Part shown: positions 40,991 to 54,500 of the stretch, piece after piece
Position numbering within the stretch: position 1 is the stretch's first letter
Layout of the letters: each line of letters begins with the position of its first letter
DNA from: Eledone cirrhosa
Taxonomy: Eukaryota
Direction of reading: 5' to 3'
DNA: 64,000 bases
Assembly: GCA_964016885.1 (NCBI GenBank)
Contig: OZ024741.1
Coordinates: 259,160,001-259,224,000 of the forward strand
Program-made: the position numbers and the translations under genes
Notes under the pieces: generated by a model
The model's input: the letters and a program-made list of their open reading frames with translations, nothing else
Database searches by the model: none
What the model was told of the DNA's origin: nothing

Positions 40991-43059
40991 TCAGAACACT
41001 CGTAAGTCAGAACACTCGTAAGTCGAAACACTCATAAGTCGAAACACTCGTAAGTCGAAACACCCGTAAGTCGAAACACCCGTAAGTCGAAACACTCGTA
41101 TGTCGAATAACTCGTAAGCCGAAACACCGTAAGTCAAAACACTCGTAAGTCGAAACACTCGTAAGTCGAAACACCCATAAGCCGAAACACTCGTAAGCCA
41201 AAACATTCGTAAGTCGAAACACTCGTAAACCGAAACACTCGTAAGCCAAAACATTCGTAAGTCGAAACACTCGTAAGTCGAAACACCCATAGCCGAAACA
41301 CTCGTAAGTCTGAACACACGTAAGTCAGAACAGCCGTAAGTCAGAACACTCGTAAGTCAGAACACTCGTAAGTCAGAACACTCGTAAGTCAGAGCACTCG
41401 TATCGAAACACTCGTATGTCAAAACACCCGTAAGTCAAAACACTCGTAAGTCGAAACACTCGTAAGCCGAAACACCGTAAGCCAAAACACTCGTAAGTCG
41501 AAACACCCGTAAGTCGGAACACTCGTAAGTCGAAACACTCGTAAGTCGAAACACTCGTAAGCCGAAACACTCGTAAGCCGAAACACTCGTAAGTCGGAAC
41601 ACTCGTAAGTCGGAACACTCGTAAGTCAGAACACTCGTAAGTCAGAACACTCGTAAGTCAGAACACTCGTAAGTCAGAACACTCGTAAGTCGAAACACTC
41701 GTATCGAAACACTCGTATGTCAAAACACCCGTAAGTCAAAACACTCGTAAGTCGAAACACTCGTAAGTCGAAACACTCGTATGTCGAAACATCCGTAAAT
41801 CAGAACACTCGTAAGTCGAAACACTCGTAAGTCGAAACACTCGTAAGCCGAAACACTCGTAAGTCGAAGCACTCGTATCGAAACACTCGTAAGTCGAAAC
41901 ACCCTTAAGTCAAAACACTCGTAAGCCAAAACACTCGTAAGTCGAAACACTCGTAAGTCGGAACACTCGTAAGTCAGAACACTCGTAAGTCAGAACACTC
42001 GTAAGTGGAAACACGCGTAAGTCGAAAGACCCGTAAGTCAAAAATCTCGTAAGTCAAAACACTCGTAAGCCGAAACACTCGTAAGTCGAAACACTCGTAA
42101 GTCGAAACATTCGTAAAGCGAAACGTATAAATAAAGATTAATGTAATGAACTTGAAAAGCATAGATATTTGAAACCGCGTCTATTTGTTATTTTCGTAAG
42201 TCGAAACACTCGTAAGTCAGAACACTCGTAAGTCAGAACACTCTTAAGTCAGAACACTCGTATCGAAACACGTATGTCAAAACACCCGTAAGTCAAAACA
42301 CTCGTAAGTCGAAACACTCGTAAGTCGAAACACTCGTAAGCCGAAACAATCGTAAGTCAAAACACTCGTAAGTCGAAACACTCGTAAGCCGAAAATACTC
42401 GTAAGTCGGAACACCCGTAAGCCGAAACCCTCGTAGGTCGGAACACTCGTAAGTCGAAACACTCGTAAGTCGAAACACCCGTAAGTCGAAACACTCGTAA
42501 GTCGAAACACCCGTAAGTCGAAACATCCGTAAGTCAAAACACTCGTATGTCGAAACACTCGTAAGCCGAAACACTCGTAAGTCGGAACACTCGCAAGTCA
42601 GAACACTCGTAAGTCAGAACACTCGTAAGTCGAAACACTCGTAAGTCGAAACACCCGTAAGTCGAAACGCCCGTAAGTCAAAACACTCGTATGTCGAAAC
42701 ACTCGCAAGCCGAAAAACCGTAAGTCAAAACACTCGTAAGTCGAAACACTCGTAAATCGAAACACTCGTAAGCCGAAACACTCGTAAGCGAAAACATTCG
42801 TTAGTCGAAACACTCGTATCCCGAAACACTCGTAAGTCGAAACACTCGAAAGCCGAAACACTCGTAAGTCGAAACACTCATAAGCCGAAACACTCGTAAG
42901 TCGGAACACTCGTAAGTCAGAACACCCGTAAATCAGAACACTCGTAGTCAGAACACTCGTAAGTCGAAACACTCGTAAGCCGAAACACTCGCAAGTCGAA
43001 GCACTCGTAATCCGAAACACTCTTAAGTCGAAACACTCGTAAGTCGGAACACTCGTAAG

Positions 43060-46000
43060 TCAGAACACTCGTAAGTCAGAACACTCGTAAGTCGAAACAC
43101 TCGTAAGCCGAAACATCCGTAAGTCAAAACATCCGTAAGTCAAAACATTCGTAAGTCGAAACACCCGTAGTCGAAACACTCGCAAGTCGAAACACTCGTA
43201 AGTCGAAACACGCGTAAGTCGAAACACATGTAAGTCAAAACACTCGTAAGTCAAAACACTCGTAAGCCGAAACACTCGTAAGTCGAAACACTCGTAAGTC
43301 GAAACACTCGTAAAGCGAAACGTATAAATAAATATTAATATAATGAATTTGAAAAGCATAGAGATTTGAAACCGCGTCTATTTGTTATTTTCGTAAGTCG
43401 AAACACTCGTAAGCCGAAACACTCGTGAGCCGAAACACTCGTAAGTCGGAACACTCGTAAGTCAGAACACTCGTAAGTCAGAACACTCGTAAGTTAGAAC
43501 ACTCGTAAGTCAGAACACTCGTAAGTCAGAACACTCGTAAGTCGAAACACTCGTATCGAAACACTCGTATGTCAAAACACCCGTAAGTCAAAACACTCGT
43601 AAGTCGAAACACTCGTAAGTCGAAACACTCGTAAGCCGAAACACTCGTAAGCCGAAACACTCGTAAGTCGGAACACTCGTAAGTCGGAACACTCGTAAGT
43701 CAGAACACTCGTAAGTCAGAACACTCGTAAGTCAGAACACTCGTAAGTCAGAACACTCGTAAGTCGAAACACTCGTATCGAAGCACTCGTATGTCAAAAC
43801 ACCCGTAAGTCAAAACACTCGTAAGTCGAAACACTCGTAAGTCGAAACACTCGTATGTCGAAACATCCGTAAATCAGAACACTCGTAAGTCGAAACACTC
43901 GTAAGTCGAAACACTCGTAAGCCGAAACACTCGTAAGTCGAAGCACTCGTATCGAAACACTCGTAAGTCGAAACACCCTTAAGTCAAAACACTCGTAAGC
44001 CAAAACACTCGTAAGTCGAAACACTCGTAAGTCGGAACACTCGTAAGTCAGAACACTCGTAAGTCAGAACACTCGTAAGTGGAAACACGCGTAAGTCGAA
44101 AGACCCGTAAGTCAAAAATCTCGTAAGTCAAAACACTCGTAAGCCGAAACACTCGTAAGACGAAACACTCGTAAGTCGAAACATTCGTAAAGCGAAACGT
44201 ATAAATAAAGATTAATGTAATGAACTTGAAAAGCATAGATATTTGAAACCGCGTCTATTTGTTATTTTCGTAAGTCGAAGCACTCGTAAGTCAGAACACT
44301 CGTAAGTCAGAACACTCTTAAGTCAGAACACTCGTATCGAAACACTCGTATGTCAAAACACCCGTAAGTCAAAACACTCGTAAGTCGAAACACTCGTAAG
44401 TCGAAACACTCGTAAGCCGAAACACTCGTAAGCCGAAACACTCGTAAGCCGAAACACTCGTAAGTCGAAACACTCGTAAGTCAGAACACTCATAAGTCAG
44501 AACACTCGTAAGTCGAAACACTCGTAAGCCGAAACACCGTAAGTCGAAACACCCGTATGTCGAAACACTCGTAAGCCGAAACACTCTTAAGTCGAAACAC
44601 TCATAAGCCGAAACACTCGTAAGTCGGAACACTCGTAAATCAGAACACCCGCAAGTCAGAACACTCGTAAATCAGAACACTCTTAAGTCGAAACTTACGT
44701 ACGCCGAAACAATCGTAAGTCGAAACACTCGTAAGTCGAAACATCCTTAAGTCGAAACACTCGTACACCGAAACACTCGTAAGTATAAACATTAGTAAGT
44801 CGAAACACTCGTATGTCGAAACACTCGTAAACCGAAACACTCGTAAGTCGGAACACTCGTAAGTCAGAACACTCGTAAGTCAGAACACTCGTAAGTCGAA
44901 ACACTCATAAGTCGAAACACCCGTAAGTCGAAACACTCGTATGTCGAATAACTCGTAAGCCGAAACACCGTAAGTCAAAACACTCGTAAGTCGAAACACT
45001 CGTAAGTCGAAACACCCATAAGCCGAAACACTCGTAAGCCAAAACATTCGTATGTCGAAACACTCGTAAGTCGAAACACCCATAGCCGAAACACTTGTAA
45101 GTCTGAACACACGTAAGTCAGAACACCCGTAAGTCAGAACACTCGTAAGTCAGAACACTCGTAAGTCAGAACACTCGTAAGTCAGAACACTCGTAAGTCA
45201 GAGCACTCGTATCGAAACACTCGTATGTCAAAACACCCGTAAGTCAAAACACTCGTAAGTCGAAACACTCGTAAGCCGAAACACCGTAAGCCAAAACACT
45301 CGTAAGTCGAAACACCCCTAAGTCGGAACACTCGTAAGTCGAAACACTCGTAAGTCGAAACACTCGTAAGCCGAAACACTCGTAAGCCGAAACACTCGTA
45401 AGTCGGAACACTCGTAAGTCGGAACACTCGTAAGTCAGAACACTCGTAAGTCAGAACACTCGTAAGTCAGAACACTCGTAAGTCAGAACACTCGTAAGTC
45501 GAAACACTCGTATCGAAACACTCGTATGTCAAAACACCCGTAAGTCAAAACACTCGTAAGTCGAAACACTCGTAAGTCGAAACATTCGTAAGTCGAAACA
45601 TCCGTAAATCAGAACACTCTTAAGTCGAAACACTCGTAAGTCGAAACACTCGTAAGCCGAAACACTCGTAAGTCGAAGCACTCGTATCGAAACACTCGTA
45701 AGTCGAAACACCCTTAAGTCAAAACACTCGTAAACCAAAACACTCGTAAGTCGAAACACTCGTAAGTCGGAACACTCGTAAGTCAGAACACTCGTAAGTC
45801 AGAACACTCGTAAGTGGAAACACGCGTAAGTCGAAACACTCATAAGTCGAAACACTCGTAGGTCGAAACACCCGTAAGTCGAAACACCCGTAAGTCGAAA
45901 CACTCGTATGTCGAATAACTCGTAAGCCGAAACACCGTAAGTCAAAACACTCGTAAGTCGAAACACTCGTAAGTCGAAACACCCATAAGCCGAAACACTC

Positions 46001-49000
46001 GTAAGCCAAAACATTCGTAAGTCGAAACACTCGTAAACCGAAACACTCGTAAGCCAAAACATTCGTATGTCGAAACACTCGTAAGTCGAAACACCCATAG
46101 CCGAAACACTCGTAAGTCTGAACACACGTAAGTCAGAACAGCCGTAAGTCAGAACACTCGTAAGTCAGAACACTCGTAAGTCAGAACACTCGTAAGTCAG
46201 AGCACTCGTATCGAAACACTCGTATGTCAAAACACCCGTAAGTCAAAACACTCGTAAGTCGAAACACTCGTAAGTCGAAACACTCGTATGTCGAAACATC
46301 CGTAAATCAGAACACTCGTAAGTCGAAACACTCGTAAGTCGAAACACTCGTAAGCCGAAACACTCGTAAGTCGAAGCACTCGTATCGAAACACTCGTAAG
46401 TCGAAACACCCTTAAGTCAAAACACTCGTAAGCCAAAACACTCGTAAGTCGAAACACTCGTAAGTCGGAACACTCGTAAGTCAGAACACTCGTAAGTCAG
46501 AACACTCGTAAGTGGAAACACGCGTAAGTCGAAAGACCCGTAAGTCAAAAATCGCGTAAGTCAAAACACTCGTAAGCCGAAACACTCGTAAGTCGAAACA
46601 CTCGTAAGTCGAAACACCCGTAAGTCAGAACACTCGTAAGTCAGAACACTCGTAAGTCGAAACACTCGTAAGCCGAAACATCCGTAAGTCAAAACATCCG
46701 TAAGTCAAAACATTCGTAAGTCGAAACACCCGTAGTCGAAACACTCGCAAGTCGAAACACTCGTAAGTCGAAACACGCGTAAGTCGAAACACATGTAAGT
46801 CAAAACACTCGTAAGTCAAAACACTCGTAAGCCGAAACACTCGTAAGTCGAAACACTCGTAAGTCGAAACACTCGTAAAGCGAAACGTATAAATAAATAT
46901 TAATGTAATGAATTTGAAAAGCATAGAGATTTGAAACCGCGTCTATTTGTTATTTTCGTAAGTCGAAACACTCGTAAGCCGAAACACTCGTGAGCCGAAA
47001 CACTCGTAAGTCGGAACACTCGTAAGTCAGAACACTCGTAAGTCAGAACACTCGTAAGTTAGAACACTCGTAAGTCAGAACACTCGTAAGTCAGAACACT
47101 CGTAAGTCGAAACACTCGTATCGAAACACTCGTATGTCAAAACACCCGTAAGTCAAAACACTCGTAAGTCGAAACACTCGTAAGTCGAAACACTCGTAAG
47201 CCGAAACACTCGTAAGCCGAAACACTCGTAAGTCGGAACACTCGTAAGTCGGAACACTCGTAAGTCAGAACACTCGTAAGTCAGAACACTCGTAAGTCAG
47301 AACACTCGTAAGTCAGAACACTCGTAAGTCGAAACACTCGTATCGAAGCACTCGTATGTCAAAACACCCGTAAGTCAAAACACTCGTAAGTCGAAACACT
47401 CGTAAGTCGAAACACTCGTATGTCGAAACATCCGTAAATCAGAACACTCGTAAGTCGAAACACTCGTAAGTCGAAACACTCGTAAGCCGAAACACTCGTA
47501 AGTCGAAGCACTCGTATCGAAACACTCGTAAGTCGAAACACCCTTAAGTCAAAACACTCGTAAGCCAAAACACTCGTAAGTCGAAACACTCGTAAGTCGG
47601 AACACTCGTAAGTCAGAACACTCGTAAGTCAGAACACTCGTAAGTGGAAACACGCGTAAGTCGAAAGACCCGTAAGTCAAAAATCTCGTAAGTCAAAACA
47701 CTCGTAAGCCGAAACACTCGTAAGTCGAAACACTCGTAAGTCGAAACATTCGTAAAGCGAAACGTATAAATAAAGATTAATGTAATGAACTTGAAAAGCA
47801 TAGATATTTGAAACCGCGTCTATTTGTTATTTTCGTAAGTCGAAACACTCGTAAGTCAGAACACTCGTAAGTCAGAACACTCTTAAGTCAGAACACTCGT
47901 ATCGAAACACGTATGTCAAAACACCCGTAAGTCAAAACACTCGTAAGTCGAAACACTCGTAAGTCGAAACACTCGTAAGCCGAAACAATCGTAAGTCAAA
48001 ACACTCGTAAGTCGAAACACTCGTAAGCCGAAAATACTCGTAAGTCGGAACACCCGTAAGCCGAAACCCTCGTAGGTCGGAACACTCGTAAGTCGAAACA
48101 CTCGTAAGTCGAAACACCCGTAAGTCGAAACACTCGTAAGTCGAAACACCCGTAAGTCGAAACATCCGTAAGTCAAAACACTCGTATGTCGAAACACTCG
48201 TAAGCCGAAACACTCGTAAGTCGGAACACTCGCAAGTCAGAACACTCGTAAGTCAGAACACTCGTAAGTCAGAACACTCGTAAGTCGAAACATTCGTAAG
48301 TCGAAACACCCGTAAGTCGAAACGCCCGTAAGTCAAAACACTCGTATGTCGAAACACTCGCAAGCCGAAAAACCGTAAGTCAAAACACTCGTAAGTCGAA
48401 ACACTCGTAAATCGAAACACTCGTAAGCCGAAACACTCGTAAGCGAAAACATTCGTTAGTCGAAACACTCGTAACCCGAAACACTCGTAAGTCGAAACAC
48501 TCGAAAGCCGAAACACTCGTAAGTCGAAACACTCATAAGCCGAAACACTCGTAAGTCGGAACACTCGTAAGTCAGAACACCCGTAAATCAGAACACTCGT
48601 AGTCAGAACACTCGTAAGTCGAAACACTCGTAAGCCGAAACACTCGCAAGTCGAAGCACTCGTAATCCGAAACACTCTTAAGTCGAAACACTCGTAAGTC
48701 GGAACACTCGTAAGTCAGAACAATCGTAAGTCAGAACACTCGTAAGTCGAAACACTCGTAAGCCGAAACACTCGCAAGTCGAAGCGCTCGTAATCCGAAA
48801 CACTCTTAAGTCGAAACACTCTTAAGTCGAAACACTCGTAAGTCGGAACACTCGTAAGCCGAAACATCCGTAAGTCAAAACATCCGTAAGTCAAAACATT
48901 CGTAAGTCGAAACACCCGTAGTCGAAACACTCGCAAGTCGAAACACTCGTAAGTCGAAACACGCGTAAGTCGAAACACATGTAAGTCAAAACACTCGTAA

Positions 49001-51550
49001 GTCAAAACACTCGTAAGCCGAAACACTCGTAAGTCGAAACACTCGTAAGTCGAAACACTCGTAAAGCGAAACGTATAAATAAATATTAATGTAATGAATT
49101 TGAAAAGCATAGAGATTTGAAACCGCGTCTATTTGTTATTTTCGTAAGTCGAAACACTCGTAAGCCGAAACACTCGTGAGCCGAAACACTCGTAAGTCGG
49201 AACACTCGTAAGTCAGAACACTCGTAAGTCAGAACACTCGTAAGTTAGAACACTCGTAAGTCAGAACACTCGTAAGTCAGAACACTCGTAAGTCGAAACA
49301 CTCGTATCGAAACACTCGTATGTCAAAACACTCGTAAGTCAGAACACTCATAAGTCAGAACACTCGTAAGTCAGAACACTCGTAAGTCGAAACACTCGTA
49401 AGCCGAAACACCGTAAGTCGAAACACCCGTATGTCGAAACACTCGTAAGCCGAAACACTCTTAAGTCGAAACACTCATAAGCCGAAACACTCGTAAGTCG
49501 GAACACTCGTAAATCAGAACACCCGCAAGTCAGAACACTCGTAAATCAGAACACTCTTAAGTCGAAACTTACGTACGCCGAAACAATCGTAAGTCGAAAC
49601 ACTCGTAAGTCGAAACATCCTTAAGTCGAAACACTCGTACACCGAAACACTCGTAAGTATAAACATTAGTAAGTCGAAACACTCGTATGTCGAAACACTC
49701 GTAAACCGAAACACTCGTAAGTCGGAACACTCGTAAGTCAGAACACTCGTAAGTCAGAACACTCGTAAGTCGAAACACTCATAAGTCGAAACACCCGTAA
49801 GTCGAAACACTCGTATGTCGAATAACTCGTAAGCCGAAACACCGTAAGTCAAAACACTCGTAAGTCGAAACACTCGTAAGTCGAAACACCCATAAGCCGA
49901 AACACTCGTAAGCCAAAACATTCGTAAGTCGAAACACTCGTAAACCGAAACACTCGTAAGCCAAAACATTCGTATGTCGAAACACTCGTAAGTCGAAACA
50001 CCCATAGCCGAAACACTTGTAAGTCTGAACACACGTAAGTCAGAACACCCGTAAGTCAGAACACTCGTAAGTCAGAACACTCGTAAGTCAGAACACTCGT
50101 AAGTCAGAACACTCGTAAGTCAGAGCACTCGTATCGAAACACTCGTATGTCAAAACACCCGTAAGTCAAAACACTCGTAAGTCGAAACACTCGTAAGCCG
50201 AAACACCGTAAGTCAAAACACTCGTAAGTCGAAACACCCCTAAGTCGGAACACTCGTAAGTCGAAACACTCGTAAGTCGAAACACTCGTAAGCCGAAACA
50301 CTCGTAAGCCGAAACACTCGTAAGTCGGAACACTCGTAAGTCGGAACACTCGTAAGTCAGAACACTCGTAAGTCAGAACACTCGTAAGTCAGAACACTCG
50401 TAAGTCAGAACACTCGTAAGTCGAAACACTCGTATCGAAACACTCGTATGTCAAAACACCCGTAAGTCAAAACACTCGTAAGTCGAAACACTCGTAAGTC
50501 GAAACATTCGTAAGTCGAAACATCCGTAAATCAGAACACTCTTAAGTCGAAACACTCGTAAGTCGAAACACTCGTAAGCCGAAACACTCGTAAGTCGAAG
50601 CACTCGTATCGAAACACTCGTAAGTCGAAACACCCTTAAGTCAAAACACTCGTAAGCCAAAACACTCGTAAGTCGAAACACTCGTAAGTCGGAACACTCG
50701 TAAGTCAGAACACTCGTAAGTCAGAACACTCGTAAGTGGAAACACGCGTAAGTCGAAACACTCATAAGTCGAAACACTCGTAAGTCGAAACACCCGTAAG
50801 TCGAAACACCCGTAAGTCGAAACACTCGTATGTCGAATAACTCGTAAGCCGAAACACCGTAAGTCAAAACACTCGTAAGTCGAAACACTCGTAAGTCGAA
50901 ACACCCATAAGCCGAAACACTCGTAAGCCAAAACATTCGTAAGTCGAAACACTCGTAAACCGAAACACTCGTAAGCCAAAACATTCGTAAGTCGAAACAC
51001 TCGTAAGTCGAAACACCCATAGCCGAAACACTCGTAAGTCTGAACACACGTAAGTCAGAACAGCCGTAAGTCAGAACACTCGTAAGTCAGAACACTCGTA
51101 AGTCAGAACACTCGTAAGTCAGAGCACTCGTATCGAAACACTCGTATGTCAAAACACCCGTAAGTCAAAACACTCGTAAGTCGAAACACTCGTAAGTCGA
51201 AACACTCGTATGTCGAAACATCCGTAAATCAGAACACTCGTAAGTCGAAACACTCGTAAGTCGAAACACTCGTAAGCCGAAACACTCGTAAGTCGAAGCA
51301 CTCGTATCGAAACACTCGTAAGTCGAAACACCCTTAAGTCAAAACACTCGTAAGCCAAAACACTCGTAAGTCGAAACACTCGTAAGTCGGAACACTCGTA
51401 AGTCAGAACACTCGTAAGTCAGAACACTCGTAAGTGGAAACACGCGTAAGTCGAAAGACCCGTAAGTCAAAAATCTCGTAAGTCAAAACACTCGTAAGCC
51501 GAAACACTCGTAAGTCGAAACACTCGTAAGTCGAAACACCCGTAAGTCGG
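43060..51550. repeat. Transition zone with interleaved duplications (offsets 3,565 and 4,874-4,922)
   Basis: ORFs 43060/46625, 43794/47359 and 44048/47613 are offset by 3,565 (shared tatcgaagcactc). 44640/49514 is offset by 4,874 (shared aaacttacgtacgccgaaacaatc). 45182/50104 and 46227/51149 are offset by 4,922. Confidence 0.82.
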
Positions 51551-54500
51551 AACACTCGTAAGTCAGAATACTCGTAAGTCAAAACACTCGTAAACCGGAA
51601 CACCCGTAAGGCAAAACATTCGCATGTCAAAACACTCGTAAGTCGAAACACTCGTAAGCCGAAACACTCGTAAGTCGAAACACTCGTAAGTCGAAACACT
51701 CGTAAGTCGAAACACTCGTAAGTCAGTGCACCCGTAAGTCAGAACGCTCGTAGTCAGAATACTCGTAAGTCGAAACACTCGTATGTCGAAACACCCGTAA
51801 GTCGAAACATCCGTAAGTCAAAACACTCGTATGTCGAAACACTCGTAAGCCGAAACACTCATAAGTCGAAACACTCGTAAGCCGAAACACCCGTAAGTCA
51901 AAACATTCGTAAGTCAAAACACTCGTAAGTCGAAACACCCGTAAGTCAAAACACTCGTATGTCGAAACACTCGTAAGCCGAAACAACGTAAGTAAAAACA
52001 CTCGTAAGTCGAAACACCCATAAGTCGAAACACTCGTAAGCCGAAACACTCGTAAGTCGAAACACTCATAAGCCGAAACACTCGTATGTCGGAACACTCG
52101 TAAATCAGAACACCCGCAAGTCAGAACACTCGTAAATCAGAACGCTCTTAAGTCGAAACTCACGTACGCTGAAACACTCGTAAGTCGAAACACTCGTAAG
52201 TCGAAACATCCTTAAGTCGAAACACTCGTACACCGAAACACTCGTAAGTATAAACATTAGTAAGTCGAAACACTCGTAAGCCGAAACACTCGTAAGTCGA
52301 AACACCCGTAAATCGAAACACCCGTAAGTCAAAACACTCGTAAGTCGAAACACTCGTAAGTCAGAACACTCGTAAGTCGAAATACTCATAAGTCGAAACA
52401 CTCGTAAGTCGAAACACCCGTAAGTCGAAACCCCCGTAAGTCGAAACACTCGTATGTCGAATAACTCGTAAGCTGAAACACCGTAAGTCAAAACACTCGT
52501 AAGTCAAAACACTCGTAAGTCGAAACACCCATAAGCCGAAACACTCGTAAGCCAAAACATTCGTAAGTCGAAACACTCGTAAGCCGAAACACTCGTAAGC
52601 CGAAACACTCGTAAGTCGGAACACTCGTAAGTCGGAACACTCGTAAGTCAGAACACTCGTAAGTCAGAACACTCGTAAGTCAGAACACTCGTAAGTCAGA
52701 ACACTCGTAAGTCGAAACACTCGTATCGAAACACTCGTATGTCAAAACACCAGTAAGTCGAAACACTCGTATCGAAACACTCGTATGTCAAAACACCAGT
52801 AAGTCAAAACACTCGTAAGTCGAAACACTCGTAAGCCGAAACACCGTAAGTCGAAACACCCGTATGTCGAAACACTCGTAAGCCGAAACACTCGTAAGTC
52901 GAAACACTCGTAGTCGAAACACTCGTAAGTCGAAACACCCGTAAGTCGAAACACTCGTAAGTCGAAACACTCGTAAGCCGAAACACTCGTAAGTCGAAAC
53001 ACTCATAAGCCGAAACACTCGTAAGTCGAAACACTCGTAAGTCAGAACACTCGTAGTCAGAACACTCGTAAGTCAAACCACTCGTAAGCCGAAACACTCG
53101 TAAGTCGAAACACTCGTAAGTCGAAACACTCGTAAGTCGAAAAACTCGTAAGCCGGAACACTCGTAAGTCAGAACACTCGTAAGTCAGAACACTCGTAAG
53201 TCGAAACACTCGTAAGCCGAAACACCCGTAAGTCGAAACATTCGTAAGTCGAAACACCCGTAAGTCGAAACACTCGTAAGTCGAAACACTCGTAAGTCGA
53301 AACACCGTAAGTCAAAACACTCGTATGTCGAAACATCCGTAAATCAGAACACTCCTAAGTCAAAACACTCGTAAGTCGAAACACTCGTAAGTCAAAAATA
53401 CTCGTAAGTCGAAACACCCTTAAGTAAAAACACTCGTAAGTCGAAACACTCGTAAGCCGAAACACCCGTCAGTTAAAACACCCGTAAGTCGAAACACTCG
53501 TAAGTCAAAACTCTCGTACGCCGAAACACTCGTAAGTAAAAACATTAGTAAGTCGAAACACTCGTAAGCCGAAACACTCATAAGTCGAAACACTCGTAAG
53601 CCGAAACACCCGTAAGTCAAAACATTCGTAAGTCAAAACACTCGTAAGTCGAAACACCCGTAAGTCGAAACACTCGTATGTCGAAACACTCGTAAGCCGA
53701 AACACCGTAAGTAAAAATACTCGTAAGTCGAAACACCCACAAGTCGAAACACTCGTAAGCCGAAACACTCGTAAGTCGAAACACTCATAAGCCGAAACAC
53801 TCGTAAGTCGGAACACTCGTAAATCAGAACACCCGCAAGTCAGAACACTCGTAAATCAGAACACTCTTAAGTCGAAACTCACGTACGCCGAAACACTCGT
53901 AAGTCGAAACACTCGTAAGTCGAAACATCCTTAAGTCGAAACACTCGTACACCGAAACACTCGTAAGTATAAACATTAGTAAGTCGAAACACTCGTATGT
54001 CGAAACACTCGTAAACCGAAACACTCGTAAGTCGGAACACTCGTAAGTCAGAACACTCGTAAGTCAGAACACTCGTAAGTCGAAACACTCATAAGTCGAA
54101 ACACTCGTAAGTCGAAACACCCGTAAGTCGAAACACCCGTAAGTCGAAACACTCGTATGTCGAATAACTCGTAAGCCGAAACACCGTAAGTCAAAACACT
54201 CGTAAGTCGAAACACTCGTAAACCGAAACACTCGTAAGCCAAAACATTCGTAAGTCTAAACACTCGTAAGTCGAAACACCCATAGCCGAAACACTTGTAA
54301 GTCTGAACACACGTAAGTCAGAACACCCGTAAGTCAGAACACTCGTAAGTCAGAACACTCGTAAGTCAGAACACTCGCAAGTCAGAGCACTCGTATCGAA
54401 ACACTCGTATGTCAAAACACCCGTAAGTCAAAACACTCGTAAGTCGAAACACTCGTAAGCCGAAACACCGTAAGCCAAAACACTCGTAAGTCGAAACATC

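Larger units (their letters stand above)
502..49142. repeat. Spacer-punctuated domain: 41 copies of the 70-bp spacer interspersed in the 16-bp array
   Basis: Spacer starts: 502, 1379, 2576, 3359, 6205, 7402, 8279, 9476, 10275, 11297, 12174, 13371, 14170, 15351, 16228, 17424, 18285, 19399, 22245, 23442, 24303, 25500, 26299, 27480, 28357, 29553, 30414, 31528, 34374, 35571, 36432, 37629, 38460, 39641, 40534, 42125, 43322, 44199, 46887, 47764, 49073. Derived from the MLFK- ORF ends minus 37, plus four copies read by eye. Confidence 0.95.

Noticed and set aside
502-49142. CRISPR array (constant element containing ATTTGAAAC, regularly interspersed)
   Set aside because: The constant element is 70 bp, the intervening DNA is ~1 kb of tandem satellite rather than unique 25-45 bp spacers, and no cas genes or leader are present.
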